DNA of 64,000 nucleotides from Alphaproteobacteria bacterium (GTDB taxonomy: Bacteria > Pseudomonadota > Alphaproteobacteria > UBA6615). The stretch lies in assembly GCA_011087645.1 (NCBI GenBank), contig JAALLF010000014.1, positions 22,817-86,816 of the forward strand, written 5' to 3'. Under the pieces are notes generated by a model. That model was given only the letters and a program-made list of their open reading frames with translations, made no database searches and was not told the DNA's origin. Positions 1 to 8,975 of the stretch are shown here, piece by piece (position 1 is the first letter of the stretch; every line of letters begins with the position of its first letter). The translations under genes and the position numbers were made by a program.

Positions 1-27
1 GGCACTCCGGGGACAACCTTCCCGCTT

Positions 28-104
28 CATCCTTCGACAAGCTCAGGATGAGGATGGTGGTTTGGCTTTAGAGTTAGACCTCATGCTGAGCCTGTCGAAG
101 CATG
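28..104. repeat. REP-like intergenic inverted repeat pair (CCTTCGACAAGCTCAGGATGAGG type)
   Basis: Arm 28-53 catccttcgacaagctcaggatgagg matches the reverse complement of arm 79-104 at 23/26 positions; resembles a short palindromic repeat common in alphaproteobacterial intergenic DNA. Confidence 0.75.
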
Positions 105-143
105 CGGTCGAACGCTCAATCGACCCGAATGACCGCGGACATG

Positions 144-740
144 CTAAATACGGCCCGCTTGCCGCCAATGGCGCAGACCGGCGGCGATGGCGCGGGCGTC
201 GGCTAACGCATCGTGGGCCGGTCCTGGCGCGACCAGGCCAAGCAGCTCGGGGATATCGGCGCTGCTCACGTTCTCACGGTCGAGAAGCCGCGGCAGGCAG
301 CCGGCAATGTCGCGCCATTGGTCATTGGGCAGCGGATTGTCGATTTCGATCAGCGCGCAATTCTCGGCCATGACCGCACCATCGGGACCGTTGGAAAGGA
401 GACTTCTCCCGTTGGCAAACGCCGCCAAGGCGGCCAGCGCCGTCGCCAATTCTGTGCCTTCGGACGCCAGCCGTTGATTGGTGATGCCGGTCAGGGCGAC
501 AAAATAATCTGATAAAACCGGATTGCGCCGGGGCTGCACCAGAATATCGAGCACATCCACTTCAGCAAATTCTGCGCCTGCGTCGAGACGAACTGCGCCG
601 ATCTGGACCACTTCGCGGTGCTCACCAGGCCGCGACCAACCGCGTTCCAGCGCGCCTTCCCACGACGTATATTCCAAATCGACGATGATGACGAAACCAT
701 CGGCCGGCCAGCTGAAAGCCGCTGCCTGCTTGACGTTCAG
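144..740 (-). CDS. DEDDh 3'-5' exonuclease (ERI-1/KapD-like)
   Basis: IIVDLEYT (ExoI, lies upstream of the ORF-track start at 677), EVVQIGAVRL, LTGIT, HDALADA (ExoIII); start placed at an in-frame CTG (740) behind GGGAG, uncertain. Confidence 0.8.
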   Translation of the reverse strand: MNVKQAAAFSWPADGFVIIVDLEYTSWEGALERGWSRPGEHREVVQIGAVRLDAGAEFAEVDVLDILVQPRRNPVLSDYFVALTGITNQRLASEGTELATALAALAAFANGRSLLSNGPDGAVMAENCALIEIDNPLPNDQWRDIAGCLPRLLDRENVSSADIPELLGLVAPGPAHDALADARAIAAGLRHWRQAGRI

Positions 741-801
741 GGCGAGGCTCCCAATATATTAGACACGCGAATTCGACCGCGGACCTGGTAATCGCGCGCG
801 G

Positions 802-1074
802 TCAAAAATCGACGCAGCGACCGTCGCGCTCCCAATCGCCGAAGCGTGTCGGCTCGGGCCCCTTGGGACCGCCGATTTCTTTTGGCTGGGTTTCAGCCTT
901 GGGTGAAGGCACCTTATCAGGCTTCGATTCTGCCGTAATTTCGGCGGATTTTGCTGCTGGATTTACCGCTGGTTTCGGTTGAGACGCCGGGACCGCCGGT
1001 GCTGATGTTTGCGGGCGGTGTTCGGTGAACGGCGAGACCGCCGGAGATACCATCTGAGGATCTGCTTTTTTCAT
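802..1074 (-). CDS. DUF1674 / succinate dehydrogenase assembly factor 4-like protein
   Basis: C-terminal EIGGPKGPEPTRFGDWERDGRCVDF is the DUF1674 signature; divergent from htpX. Confidence 0.9.
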   Translation of the reverse strand: MKKADPQMVSPAVSPFTEHRPQTSAPAVPASQPKPAVNPAAKSAEITAESKPDKVPSPKAETQPKEIGGPKGPEPTRFGDWERDGRCVDF

Positions 1075-1148
1075 GATCCTGATATGGCGGAGGTTGCGGC
1101 ATTTGCCAAGACCCTTGTGGCCTAGACCATACGAAGAGGAAATATCCT

Positions 1149-2099
1149 TTGTTCAATTATGTGCGTACCGCCCTGCTCCTCGCCGCGCTGACGGCGCTAT
1201 TCATGGGCATTGGATTTCTGCTCGGCGGGGTTGGCGGCATGCTCATCGCGCTGGCGGTCGCCGCCGCCATGAACCTGTTCGCCTGGTGGAATTCCGGCGA
1301 CATGGTCTTGCGTTATTACAAGGCGCGCGAAGTTACCCCCGACACCCATTCTGGATTTTACCAGGTCGTCGAGGGGCTCGCCGCGCGTGCCGAACTGCCG
1401 ATGCCGCGGGTCTATATTATCGACAATCCTCAACCCAATGCGTTTGCCACCGGGCGCGGCCCCAACAACGCCGCCGTCGCCGCGACAACCGGGTTGTTGC
1501 AATCGCTGAACGAGCACGAAGTCGCCGGCGTCATGGCCCATGAATTGGCCCATGTGCGCAACCGCGACACGCTGATCATGACCATTACCGCCACCATCGC
1601 CGGCGCCATCGGCATGATCGCCAACTTCGCCCTGTTCTTCGGCGGCAGCCGCAACAACCCGCTGGGTATCATCGGCGCGCTGGCGATGATGATATTAGCG
1701 CCGCTGGCCGCGTCGCTGGTGCAACTAGCAATCAGCCGCAGCCGCGAATACGAGGCCGATCGCGGCGGCGCTGAGATTTGCGGCAACCCCCATTGGCTGG
1801 CCGATGCGCTGGAAAAACTCCATCGCGGCAGCGCAACGATCGACAATCCGGCGGCCGAGGGCAATCCGGCCACCGCCCATATGTTCATCGTCAATCCGCT
1901 GCACGCTCATACCCGCGACAAGCTGTTTTCGACCCACCCCAGCATGGCCAACCGGGTAGAGCGGCTACGCGCGATGGCGCCGCAAGACGGAAATAGCGGC
2001 GTCGAATCAGAGCGTTGGGAGGCTGGCCCCTGGTCGGGCGCAGGCCAAGACGATGTCCGCCAGATACGCCAGCGCCGCCATGGACCCTGGGAATCATGA
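1149..2099 (+). CDS. htpX: Zinc metalloprotease HtpX (M48)
   Basis: [13 protein letters not shown] zinc motif, [14 protein letters not shown]; N-terminal TM helices; GAGGA RBS before the TTG start. Confidence 0.95.
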   Translation: MFNYVRTALLLAALTALFMGIGFLLGGVGGMLIALAVAAAMNLFAWWNSGDMVLRYYKAREVTPDTHSGFYQVVEGLAARAELPMPRVYIIDNPQPNAFATGRGPNNAAVAATTGLLQSLNEHEVAGVMAHELAHVRNRDTLIMTITATIAGAIGMIANFALFFGGSRNNPLGIIGALAMMILAPLAASLVQLAISRSREYEADRGGAEICGNPHWLADALEKLHRGSATIDNPAAEGNPATAHMFIVNPLHAHTRDKLFSTHPSMANRVERLRAMAPQDGNSGVESERWEAGPWSGAGQDDVRQIRQRRHGPWES

Positions 2100-2128
2100 C
2101 CGGCGCCCGACGGATTCACGCCGAAATA

Positions 2129-2225
2129 CCCCCAGATGTGGATAGACTATCAACAGATATTTCCACATATAGTAGTGACTACTGTATTTTGTGGTCTTGC
2201 CCCTTGTGACCACATGATCTAGGCT
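2129..2225 (+). promoter_or_regulatory. gcrA promoter region: sigma70-like TTGCCC-N17-TAGGCT with upstream NrdR-like/DnaA-like boxes
   Basis: -35 at 2197-2202, -10 at 2220-2225; CnAnATnTnG cores at 2132 and 2163; TGTGGATAG at 2137-2145. Confidence 0.45.
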
Positions 2226-2299
2226 TCAGACGAATTTAGCGGCAGGAGTCCTAGGCCCTGCCTGGGTTTTGGCCTTTCGCGAGCAGAAGGTGGACGAAA

Positions 2300-2776
2300 A
2301 TGGCATGGACGGAAGATCGAGTAGCAATGCTTCGGGAGCTTTGGTCGAAAGGACTGAGCGCGAGCCAAATTGCGGTGCAGTTGGGCGGCGTCAGCCGTAA
2401 TGCTGTCATCGGCAAGGCACACCGGCTTGGCCTCGAAAGCCGACCCTCGCCGATCCGCGGCGGTGGCGGCGGTTCGCGCAGCCGGCGCAACCGGGCAATC
2501 AGTCGAGCGCTCGAGGCTAGGGCGCTACGCGGCACGATGGCCGACGAGGAAATCGGCGGCGAGCCCGTGGTGCCGGAGCCTGGTCAAAAACTGATCGACC
2601 GGCCGTTGGCCCCGCCGGCGCGTCCGATCAGCGACGTCAAGGATTGCTTGTGGCCGATCGGCGACCCGGGCGATGACGCCTTCGGATTCTGCGGCGAAGA
2701 CACCTCGCCGGGCCGTCCCTACTGCGACGCCCACTGCGCGATGGCGTATATCCGCAAAGATCGTACGGCGGCCTAG
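2300..2776 (+). CDS. gcrA: GcrA cell-cycle regulator
   Basis: MAWTEDRVAMLRELWSKGLSASQIAVQLGGVSRNAVIGKAHRLGL and C-terminal CLWPIGDP..FCG..PYCDAH. Confidence 0.95.
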   Translation: MAWTEDRVAMLRELWSKGLSASQIAVQLGGVSRNAVIGKAHRLGLESRPSPIRGGGGGSRSRRNRAISRALEARALRGTMADEEIGGEPVVPEPGQKLIDRPLAPPARPISDVKDCLWPIGDPGDDAFGFCGEDTSPGRPYCDAHCAMAYIRKDRTAA

Positions 2777-2836
2777 TCCCGCACTGGATATTTCTTTGCT
2801 AGCGGCCTTGGGGTTCGCGGCCCTATAACGGGGCCG

Positions 2837-4171
2837 ATGAACCTGGCCAACCAAAAAGGCGGGCGGATGCCCGATGCCCGCGCCGCGGCCCTCGAACTTC
2901 TGGGGGCAGTGCTCGATCGCGGCATTCCCCTCGATACGGTGCTCGGCCATTCCGCTGCGTTGGGCAAGCTCGAACCGCGCGACCGCGCCTTTGCCCGGCT
3001 CCTAATCACCACCGTGCTGCGCCGGCGCGGCCAGATCGATGCCGCGCTCGACGAAAAACTCTCCCGGCCCTTGAAGAAACACCAAACCCAGGTGCGCAAT
3101 GCGCTGCGCCTGGGGGTCGCGCAATTGGCGTTTCTCGATACCCCGGCCCACGCCGCCGTCGATGGCAGCGTCAATTTGGTGCGCCATAGCGGGCGCGCCG
3201 GCATGACCGGTTTGGTCAATGCGGTGCTGCGAACCATCGACCGCGAGGGCGCCGCCGCCCTATCAGAAACGCCGGAAGCCGAGCAACGCAACGCCCCCAA
3301 ATGGCTGCGGCAAAGCTGGCAGGACGCCTATGGCGCGGAAACCGCGACCGCCATTATGGCAGCCCACCGCGCCGATCCGCCGCTCGATTTCACCCTCGCC
3401 GCCAACGCCGCACCGCAAGAATGGGCACCGCGGCTTGACGCCGATATTCTGCCCACCGGGACGCTGCGCCGGCGCGCCGGCGGCATTGTCAGCGAACTCG
3501 ACGGCTACGACGCCGGCGCCTGGTGGGTGCAGGACGCGGCGGCGGCCTTGCCGGCGCGGCTGTTCGGTGACCTTAACGGCCGTGGCGCGATCGACCTCTG
3601 TGCCGCGCCGGGTGGTAAAACAGCACAGCTCGCCGCAGCCGGCGCAACGGTCACGGCGCTGGATATCTCCGCCGAACGGTTGCGGCTGGTGAGCCAAAAT
3701 ATGGAGCGGCTGGGTCTGAGCGCGGAGACCATCAACGCCGATGCGTCGGCTTTCACACCCGGCGCGCCGGCCGACGCTATTTTGCTCGATGCGCCCTGCT
3801 CTTCGACCGGCACCATCCGCCGCCACCCTGATATCGCCTGGCTCAAGACCCCCGACGATGTGCGCGCGGCGGCCGAAATCCAGGCGCGACTCTTGCGCGC
3901 GGCGGTGTCGATGCTGGCTCCGGGCGGAACCCTGGTCTATGCGGTCTGCTCCCTGCAAGCCGAAGAGGGGCCAGCGCAAATCGACGCCCTGCTGGCCGAC
4001 ACCGGCGATGTCGCGCGAGCGCCGATTAGCCTCGACGAATTGCCGGGCCTGAGCGGGCTGTCCCCCGCCGCGATCACCGAAGCCGGCGATGTGCGCACCT
4101 TGCCGTGCCACTTCGCCGACGCCGGCGGCCTCGACGGATTTTACATCGCCAGACTGAACCGCCTGCTGTAG
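2837..4171 (+). CDS. rsmB: RsmB/Fmu 16S rRNA m5C methyltransferase with NusB-like N-domain
   Basis: WWVQDAAA, DLCAAPGGKT, LLDAPCSSTGTIRRHPD, YAVCS. Confidence 0.93.
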   Translation: MNLANQKGGRMPDARAAALELLGAVLDRGIPLDTVLGHSAALGKLEPRDRAFARLLITTVLRRRGQIDAALDEKLSRPLKKHQTQVRNALRLGVAQLAFLDTPAHAAVDGSVNLVRHSGRAGMTGLVNAVLRTIDREGAAALSETPEAEQRNAPKWLRQSWQDAYGAETATAIMAAHRADPPLDFTLAANAAPQEWAPRLDADILPTGTLRRRAGGIVSELDGYDAGAWWVQDAAAALPARLFGDLNGRGAIDLCAAPGGKTAQLAAAGATVTALDISAERLRLVSQNMERLGLSAETINADASAFTPGAPADAILLDAPCSSTGTIRRHPDIAWLKTPDDVRAAAEIQARLLRAAVSMLAPGGTLVYAVCSLQAEEGPAQIDALLADTGDVARAPISLDELPGLSGLSPAAITEAGDVRTLPCHFADAGGLDGFYIARLNRLL

Positions 4172-4209
4172 CCTTGCGGCGCAGAGTTTAAATCGGGTAC
4201 CAAAGTTTC

Positions 4210-4905
4210 ATGGCTGATTTGCCGCTTTTACGCATCGCACCGTCAATTCTAGCCGCCGATTTCGCAAAGCTCGGCGAGGAAATTCGCGCCATCGAAGCGG
4301 CCGGCGCCGACTGGATTCATATCGATGTGATGGACGGCCATTTCGTCCCCAACGTCACCATCGGCCCCGCCGTGGTGGCCGCGCTGCGGCCCCACACCAA
4401 ACTGCCCTTTGACGTGCATCTGATGATCGCCCCGGTCGACCCGATGATCGAGGCATTTGCCGAGGCCGGCGCCGACACCCTGTCGGTTCATCCCGAATCC
4501 GGCCCCCATTTGCACCGCACCCTCCAGACCATTCGTGGCCTGGGCAAGCGCGCCGGCGTGGTACTGAACCCGGCGACCCCGGTCGACGAAGTCGATCATG
4601 TGATGGACATGGTCGACCTTATCTTGGTGATGACGGTCAATCCCGGGTTCGGCGGCCAGAAATTTATCACCAGCCAGCTCGATAAAATCGCTACCCTGCG
4701 GCGCAAAATCGACCAGCATGTCGCCGATGGCGGTACACCGATCGACCTGGAAGTCGATGGCGGGGTCGACCCCTACACCGCACCGCTGGCGACCGGCGCC
4801 GGCGCCGACGCTCTGGTTGCCGGCACCGCGGCGTTCCGCGGCGGGCCCAGCGCCTACGCCGATAATATCAAGGCCCTGCGCAGCGCCGTCGCAGCCAGCC
4901 GATGA
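4210..4905 (+). CDS. rpe: Ribulose-phosphate 3-epimerase
   Basis: IAPSILAADF, HIDVMDGHFVPN, DVHLM, MTVNPGFGGQ, EVDGG. Confidence 0.97.
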   Translation: MADLPLLRIAPSILAADFAKLGEEIRAIEAAGADWIHIDVMDGHFVPNVTIGPAVVAALRPHTKLPFDVHLMIAPVDPMIEAFAEAGADTLSVHPESGPHLHRTLQTIRGLGKRAGVVLNPATPVDEVDHVMDMVDLILVMTVNPGFGGQKFITSQLDKIATLRRKIDQHVADGGTPIDLEVDGGVDPYTAPLATGAGADALVAGTAAFRGGPSAYADNIKALRSAVAASR

Positions 4906-6563
4906 GCATCGCCCGCCTGCACCACTGGCACTACAATGCCAGCAAGCTGCTCTACGCCAGCCCGGTCTACCGGTTCACGCTGCTCGGGCGCGCGCCCCGC
5001 GACCTTGCCCTGGTACCGCCCGACGCCTGGCCCGGCAGCGCGGATGGCGGCGCGGCGATCGTCAGCGGCGAGTTCAGTTTTTTCGGCGAGACCGTGCGCG
5101 GCGGCTTGCGGGCCTGGCGGCCCGGCGGCATGAGCGAAGCCTGGCTGGCCGAGCTTCATGGCTTCGACTGGCTGCGCGATCTGCGCGCGCTGGGCGGCGA
5201 CGGCGCCCGCCGGCAAGCCCGCGATCTGGTCGGCGACTGGCTGTTGCGGCAATCGAACTGGCACGAAGTCGCCTGGCGGCCCGACGTGTTGGGCAGCCGC
5301 CTGTTCGCCTGGCTCGGCCAGCATGATTTCTTCTGCGCCTCGGCCGACGACGCTTACCGCCAGGAATATCTGACCAGTCTGGTCCGCCAGGCCAAGCATT
5401 TGTCGCGGGTGCTGCCGCGCGGCGCCCACGGGGCGGGGCTGATCCAGGCCGCCAAGGGCCTGATCGCCGCCGGCCTGGCGCTACCCGGACACAGCGCCTG
5501 GACGGCCCAGGGCTTGAAACTCTTGGAGCGGGCCTGCGCACAGCAAATTCTCGCCGACGGTGGTCATATCTCGCGCAACCCGGCAATCCAGACCGAGGTC
5601 TTGCGCCATCTGGTCGACACCCGCAGCGCCCTGCTCGCCGGCCAGCGTGAGGTGCCGGCGTTTCTCATGGCGGCAATCGACCGCACCGCCCCGTTTCTGC
5701 GCATGCTGCGCCATAACGACGGTGGACTGGCCCTGTTCAACGGCAGCAACGAAGGGCCCGGCTGGCTGATCGACATGCTGCTGGCGCAAGCCGATTCGAG
5801 AGGCCGCCCGTTGACCTCGGCGCCCCATTCGGGGTTTGAGCGCATCGTCGCCAACCGCACCATCGTTCTGGTCGATACCGGCGCACCCGCGCCTGGCCCC
5901 ACCGAAGAGGCCGGCCATGCCAGCACCCTGGCGGCGGAGATTTCGATCGGGCGCGACCGGATCATCGTCAATTGCGGCGCGCGTCCTGGTGCGCGCGAGC
6001 CGTGGACGCAAGTGCAACGTTCGACCGCCGCCCATTCGACCATGGTGGTCGACGATACCAATTCCGCCGACATTCTCAGCCCGGGCAAATCCGGCCGCCG
6101 GCCGCGCTACGTCACGGTCGACCGGAATGACGAGAATGGCAGCGTCTGGCTCAACACCAGTCATGATGGCTACGGCTCGCTGTTCGCCGTCGCCCATCAG
6201 CGCCGGCTCTATGTCGATGCCAATGGCGAGGATATTCGCGGCGAAGATTCTATTCTGCAGGAAGGCGACGGCGCCAAACCGCCGCGCGGCTACGCCCTGC
6301 GCTTCCACCTGCACCCCAGCGTGCAGGCATCGTTGGTGCAGAATGGCAGCGCGGTTCTGCTGCGGCCGCCCAGCGGCATCGGCTGGCAGTTAATGGCCGA
6401 AGGCGGCACCGTTTCTCTGGCTGAAAGCGTCTATTTAGGCAGCAACGACGAGATTCGCCGCAGCGAACAAATCGTCGTCTCGGGCGTCTTCGACCCGCCG
6501 GATGACGAAGGCGCGATCGCCCGGATTAAATGGGCCTTGCGCAAGGTCCCGAAGAAGGCCTAG
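4902..6563 (+). CDS. Heparinase II/III family protein (conserved alphaproteobacterial type)
   Basis: LHGFDWLRDL, QILADGGHISRNP, LALFNG, HASTL, RSTAAHST, SHDGY; 4-bp overlap with rpe. Confidence 0.88.
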   Translation: MSIARLHHWHYNASKLLYASPVYRFTLLGRAPRDLALVPPDAWPGSADGGAAIVSGEFSFFGETVRGGLRAWRPGGMSEAWLAELHGFDWLRDLRALGGDGARRQARDLVGDWLLRQSNWHEVAWRPDVLGSRLFAWLGQHDFFCASADDAYRQEYLTSLVRQAKHLSRVLPRGAHGAGLIQAAKGLIAAGLALPGHSAWTAQGLKLLERACAQQILADGGHISRNPAIQTEVLRHLVDTRSALLAGQREVPAFLMAAIDRTAPFLRMLRHNDGGLALFNGSNEGPGWLIDMLLAQADSRGRPLTSAPHSGFERIVANRTIVLVDTGAPAPGPTEEAGHASTLAAEISIGRDRIIVNCGARPGAREPWTQVQRSTAAHSTMVVDDTNSADILSPGKSGRRPRYVTVDRNDENGSVWLNTSHDGYGSLFAVAHQRRLYVDANGEDIRGEDSILQEGDGAKPPRGYALRFHLHPSVQASLVQNGSAVLLRPPSGIGWQLMAEGGTVSLAESVYLGSNDEIRRSEQIVVSGVFDPPDDEGAIARIKWALRKVPKKA

Positions 6564-6655
6564 CGCCGATTTCCCGCCCGCTCGTTACCATTCCTTAACT
6601 ATAAACCGCGACCATAGCCCGGACTGCACACCACCAAGGTCGGGGTATAAAAAGC

Positions 6656-7669
6656 GTGCCGAAAGTATTAGTAACCGGCGCCGGGGGCTTCATCGGCTCC
6701 CATCTCGTTGAACAACTTGTCACCCAAGGTGCCGATGTGCGCGCGTTCGTCGAGTATAATTCGCTCGGTTCGTGGGGCTGGCTCGAGCAATCGCCGGCTC
6801 AAATCCGCGACAATATTGAAATCTTCTCTGGCGATGTCCGCGACAGCCACGCGGTACGGCAAGCCGTGCAAGGCTGTGACACGGTCTATCACCTGGCCGC
6901 ACTGATCGGCATTCCCTATTCCTATCTGGCGCCGGAAAGTTATGTCGACACCAACATCACCGGCACCTTGAATATCGTCCAGGCGGCAACCGATTTCGGT
7001 GTCGGCAGAGTGGTCCACACATCGACCAGCGAAGTCTACGGCACCGCCCAGCGGGTTCCCATCGACGAGGCCCATCCGCTCAACCCGCGATCGCCCTACG
7101 CCGCCACCAAGGTCGGCGCCGACCAGATCGCGCTATCCTATTACCGGTCTTTCGGCGCGCCGGTCACGGTGGTGCGCCCGTTCAATACCTATGGTCCCCG
7201 GCAATCGGCGCGCGCCGTAATCCCGACCGTCATCAGCCAGTTGACCAGCTGCCAAAAGGCTGGGCAGCCGGGCCGGATTAAACTCGGCGCCACGCGGCCG
7301 ACCCGCGACTTCACCTTCGTCGGCGACACCGCCGCCGGTTTTCGCGCCGCCGCCGGCTGCGATGCCGCCTTGGGCGAGGTCGTCAATCTGGGCGCCAACT
7401 TCGAAATATCGGTCGGCGACACGGCGAACCTGATTGCCGAGGTCATGGGCATTCCGCTCGAGATCGAAACCGAAGACGAGCGCTTGCGGCCCGACGCGTC
7501 GGAAGTCGAGCGCCTGTGGTGCGACAACACCAAGGCCGGCGAGCTGCTCGGTTGGACGCCATCCTATAGCGGGCGCGAGGGTTTTCGCCGGGGTTTGCGC
7601 GAAACCATCGAATGGTTCCAGAACGGCGAAAATCACGCCGCCTACAAGGCCGACATCTACAATGTCTAG
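6656..7669 (+). CDS. legB: NAD-dependent 4,6-dehydratase, LegB-like
   Basis: TGAGGFIGSHL, YNSLGSWGWL, HLAALIGIPYSYLAPESYVDTN, STSEVYGTA, YAATK, RPFNTYGPRQSARAVIP. Confidence 0.85.
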   Translation: MPKVLVTGAGGFIGSHLVEQLVTQGADVRAFVEYNSLGSWGWLEQSPAQIRDNIEIFSGDVRDSHAVRQAVQGCDTVYHLAALIGIPYSYLAPESYVDTNITGTLNIVQAATDFGVGRVVHTSTSEVYGTAQRVPIDEAHPLNPRSPYAATKVGADQIALSYYRSFGAPVTVVRPFNTYGPRQSARAVIPTVISQLTSCQKAGQPGRIKLGATRPTRDFTFVGDTAAGFRAAAGCDAALGEVVNLGANFEISVGDTANLIAEVMGIPLEIETEDERLRPDASEVERLWCDNTKAGELLGWTPSYSGREGFRRGLRETIEWFQNGENHAAYKADIYNV

Positions 7670-8873
7670 GCCCGCGCTCGCCGCCGAGCCGCCATCGGTA
7701 CCGGCGGAAAACGACACGTTCATCGCCGCCGTGCTGGAGCGCATGGCAGCGGTTCTGCCGCCGGAAAGCGGTCCCTACCCCCTGCACGAGCCGCAGATCG
7801 ACGGCGCCGCCTGGTCTTATGTGAAGGACTGCCTCGACTCCGGCTGGGTCTCGTCGGTCGGTGAATATGTGCGCTGGTTCGAGGAAAAGCTGGTCGAGAT
7901 CACCGGCGCCGGCCACGCCATCGCCACGGTCAGCGGCACCTCGGCCTTGCATGTCTGCATGTTGCTGGCCGGCGTGGAGCGCGACGACGAGGTGCTGGTG
8001 CCGCCGCTCACTTTCGTGGCTTCGGCCAACGCCATTCAATATTGCGGCGCCCATCCTCATTTTGTCGACATCGAACCGATCAGCCTGGGCGTCGACCCGG
8101 ACGCCTTGGAAGCGCATCTCGAACGCATCGCGGAGATGCGCGGCGACGTCTGCTACAACGCCCAAACCGGCCGGCCAATCCGCGGCCTGTTGGTGGTCCA
8201 TTGCTTCGGCCATCCGGCCCGCATGGCCGAACTGGCCGCCATCGCGGCGCGCTTCAACATCACCTTGATCGAAGATGCGGCCGAGGCATTGGGCAGCACC
8301 GCCGGTAACCGCAGCGCCGGCTGCCATGGCAAGCTGGCGGCGTTGAGCTTCAACGGCAACAAGACGGTGACCACCGGCGGCGGCGGTGCGATCCTGACCG
8401 ACGATCCGGTCCTCGCCGAGCGCGCGGCGCATCTCACCACGACGGCGCGGGTCGACGATAACGGTGTGATGGCGCACGACATGGTCGCCTTCAACTACCG
8501 AATGCCGAACATCAACGCGGCGCTGGGCTGCGCTCAGCTCGAGCAACTGCCAGCCCTGCTAGACTCGAAACGCCAATTGGCTGTGCGCTGGCGCGAAGCC
8601 TTCGCCGGTCTCGGCGGCGTTCGATTTATCGACGAGCCCTCCTGGGGCGGCAGCAATTTCTGGCTGAACGCCCTGTCCCTCGATCCCCCTTACGCGGCGC
8701 AACGCCCGCAATTGCTTTCCGCGCTCAATCAGGCCGGCTATCACTGCCGGCCGTTTTGGACGCCCCTACACCGGCTGCCGATGTATCAAAATCAACCCAT
8801 GGCGCCGGTTCCCGTGGCCAACGATCTTGCCGCCCGCGGCGTCAATCTGCCGTCGAGCGCCGGCCTAGTCTGA
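7662..8873 (+). CDS. legC: LegC family PLP aminotransferase (DegT/DnrJ)
   Basis: PLHEP, CLDSGWVSSVG, EDAAEALGS, SFNGNKTVTTGGGG, NYRMPNINAALG; ATG 7662 overlaps the legB stop. Confidence 0.88.
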   Translation: MSRPALAAEPPSVPAENDTFIAAVLERMAAVLPPESGPYPLHEPQIDGAAWSYVKDCLDSGWVSSVGEYVRWFEEKLVEITGAGHAIATVSGTSALHVCMLLAGVERDDEVLVPPLTFVASANAIQYCGAHPHFVDIEPISLGVDPDALEAHLERIAEMRGDVCYNAQTGRPIRGLLVVHCFGHPARMAELAAIAARFNITLIEDAAEALGSTAGNRSAGCHGKLAALSFNGNKTVTTGGGGAILTDDPVLAERAAHLTTTARVDDNGVMAHDMVAFNYRMPNINAALGCAQLEQLPALLDSKRQLAVRWREAFAGLGGVRFIDEPSWGGSNFWLNALSLDPPYAAQRPQLLSALNQAGYHCRPFWTPLHRLPMYQNQPMAPVPVANDLAARGVNLPSSAGLV

Positions 8874-8975
8874 CCCAATACTCGCCATTTCCCAGGAAAA
8901 CCGGCGGAAAATCCGCAGAAAACCGCCGCGGTCAACCATTCGTTAGCATTTTACCTAAATGGTGGGGCCTACGTT

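Noticed and set aside
62-373. 103-aa ORF beginning MALELDLMLSLSKH
   Set aside because: LMLSLSK is the translation of the REP-like repeat; the rest is antisense to the exonuclease
7434-7661. Long N-terminal extensions in the ORF track (also 12438, 15962, 23242, 27322, 34895, 45406, 59521)
   Set aside because: They overlap neighbouring genes or spacers; family similarity and RBS/coupling support the downstream starts
7443-8546. 367-aa - strand ORF (similarly 3263-4111, 5481-6314, 36202-36996, 47602-48552, 48636-49367)
   Set aside because: Fully antisense to well-supported genes; no recognisable domains
8896-8930. Three AAAA(C/T)C(G/C)-like short repeats
   Set aside because: Too short and irregular; more likely phased A-tracts of a promoter
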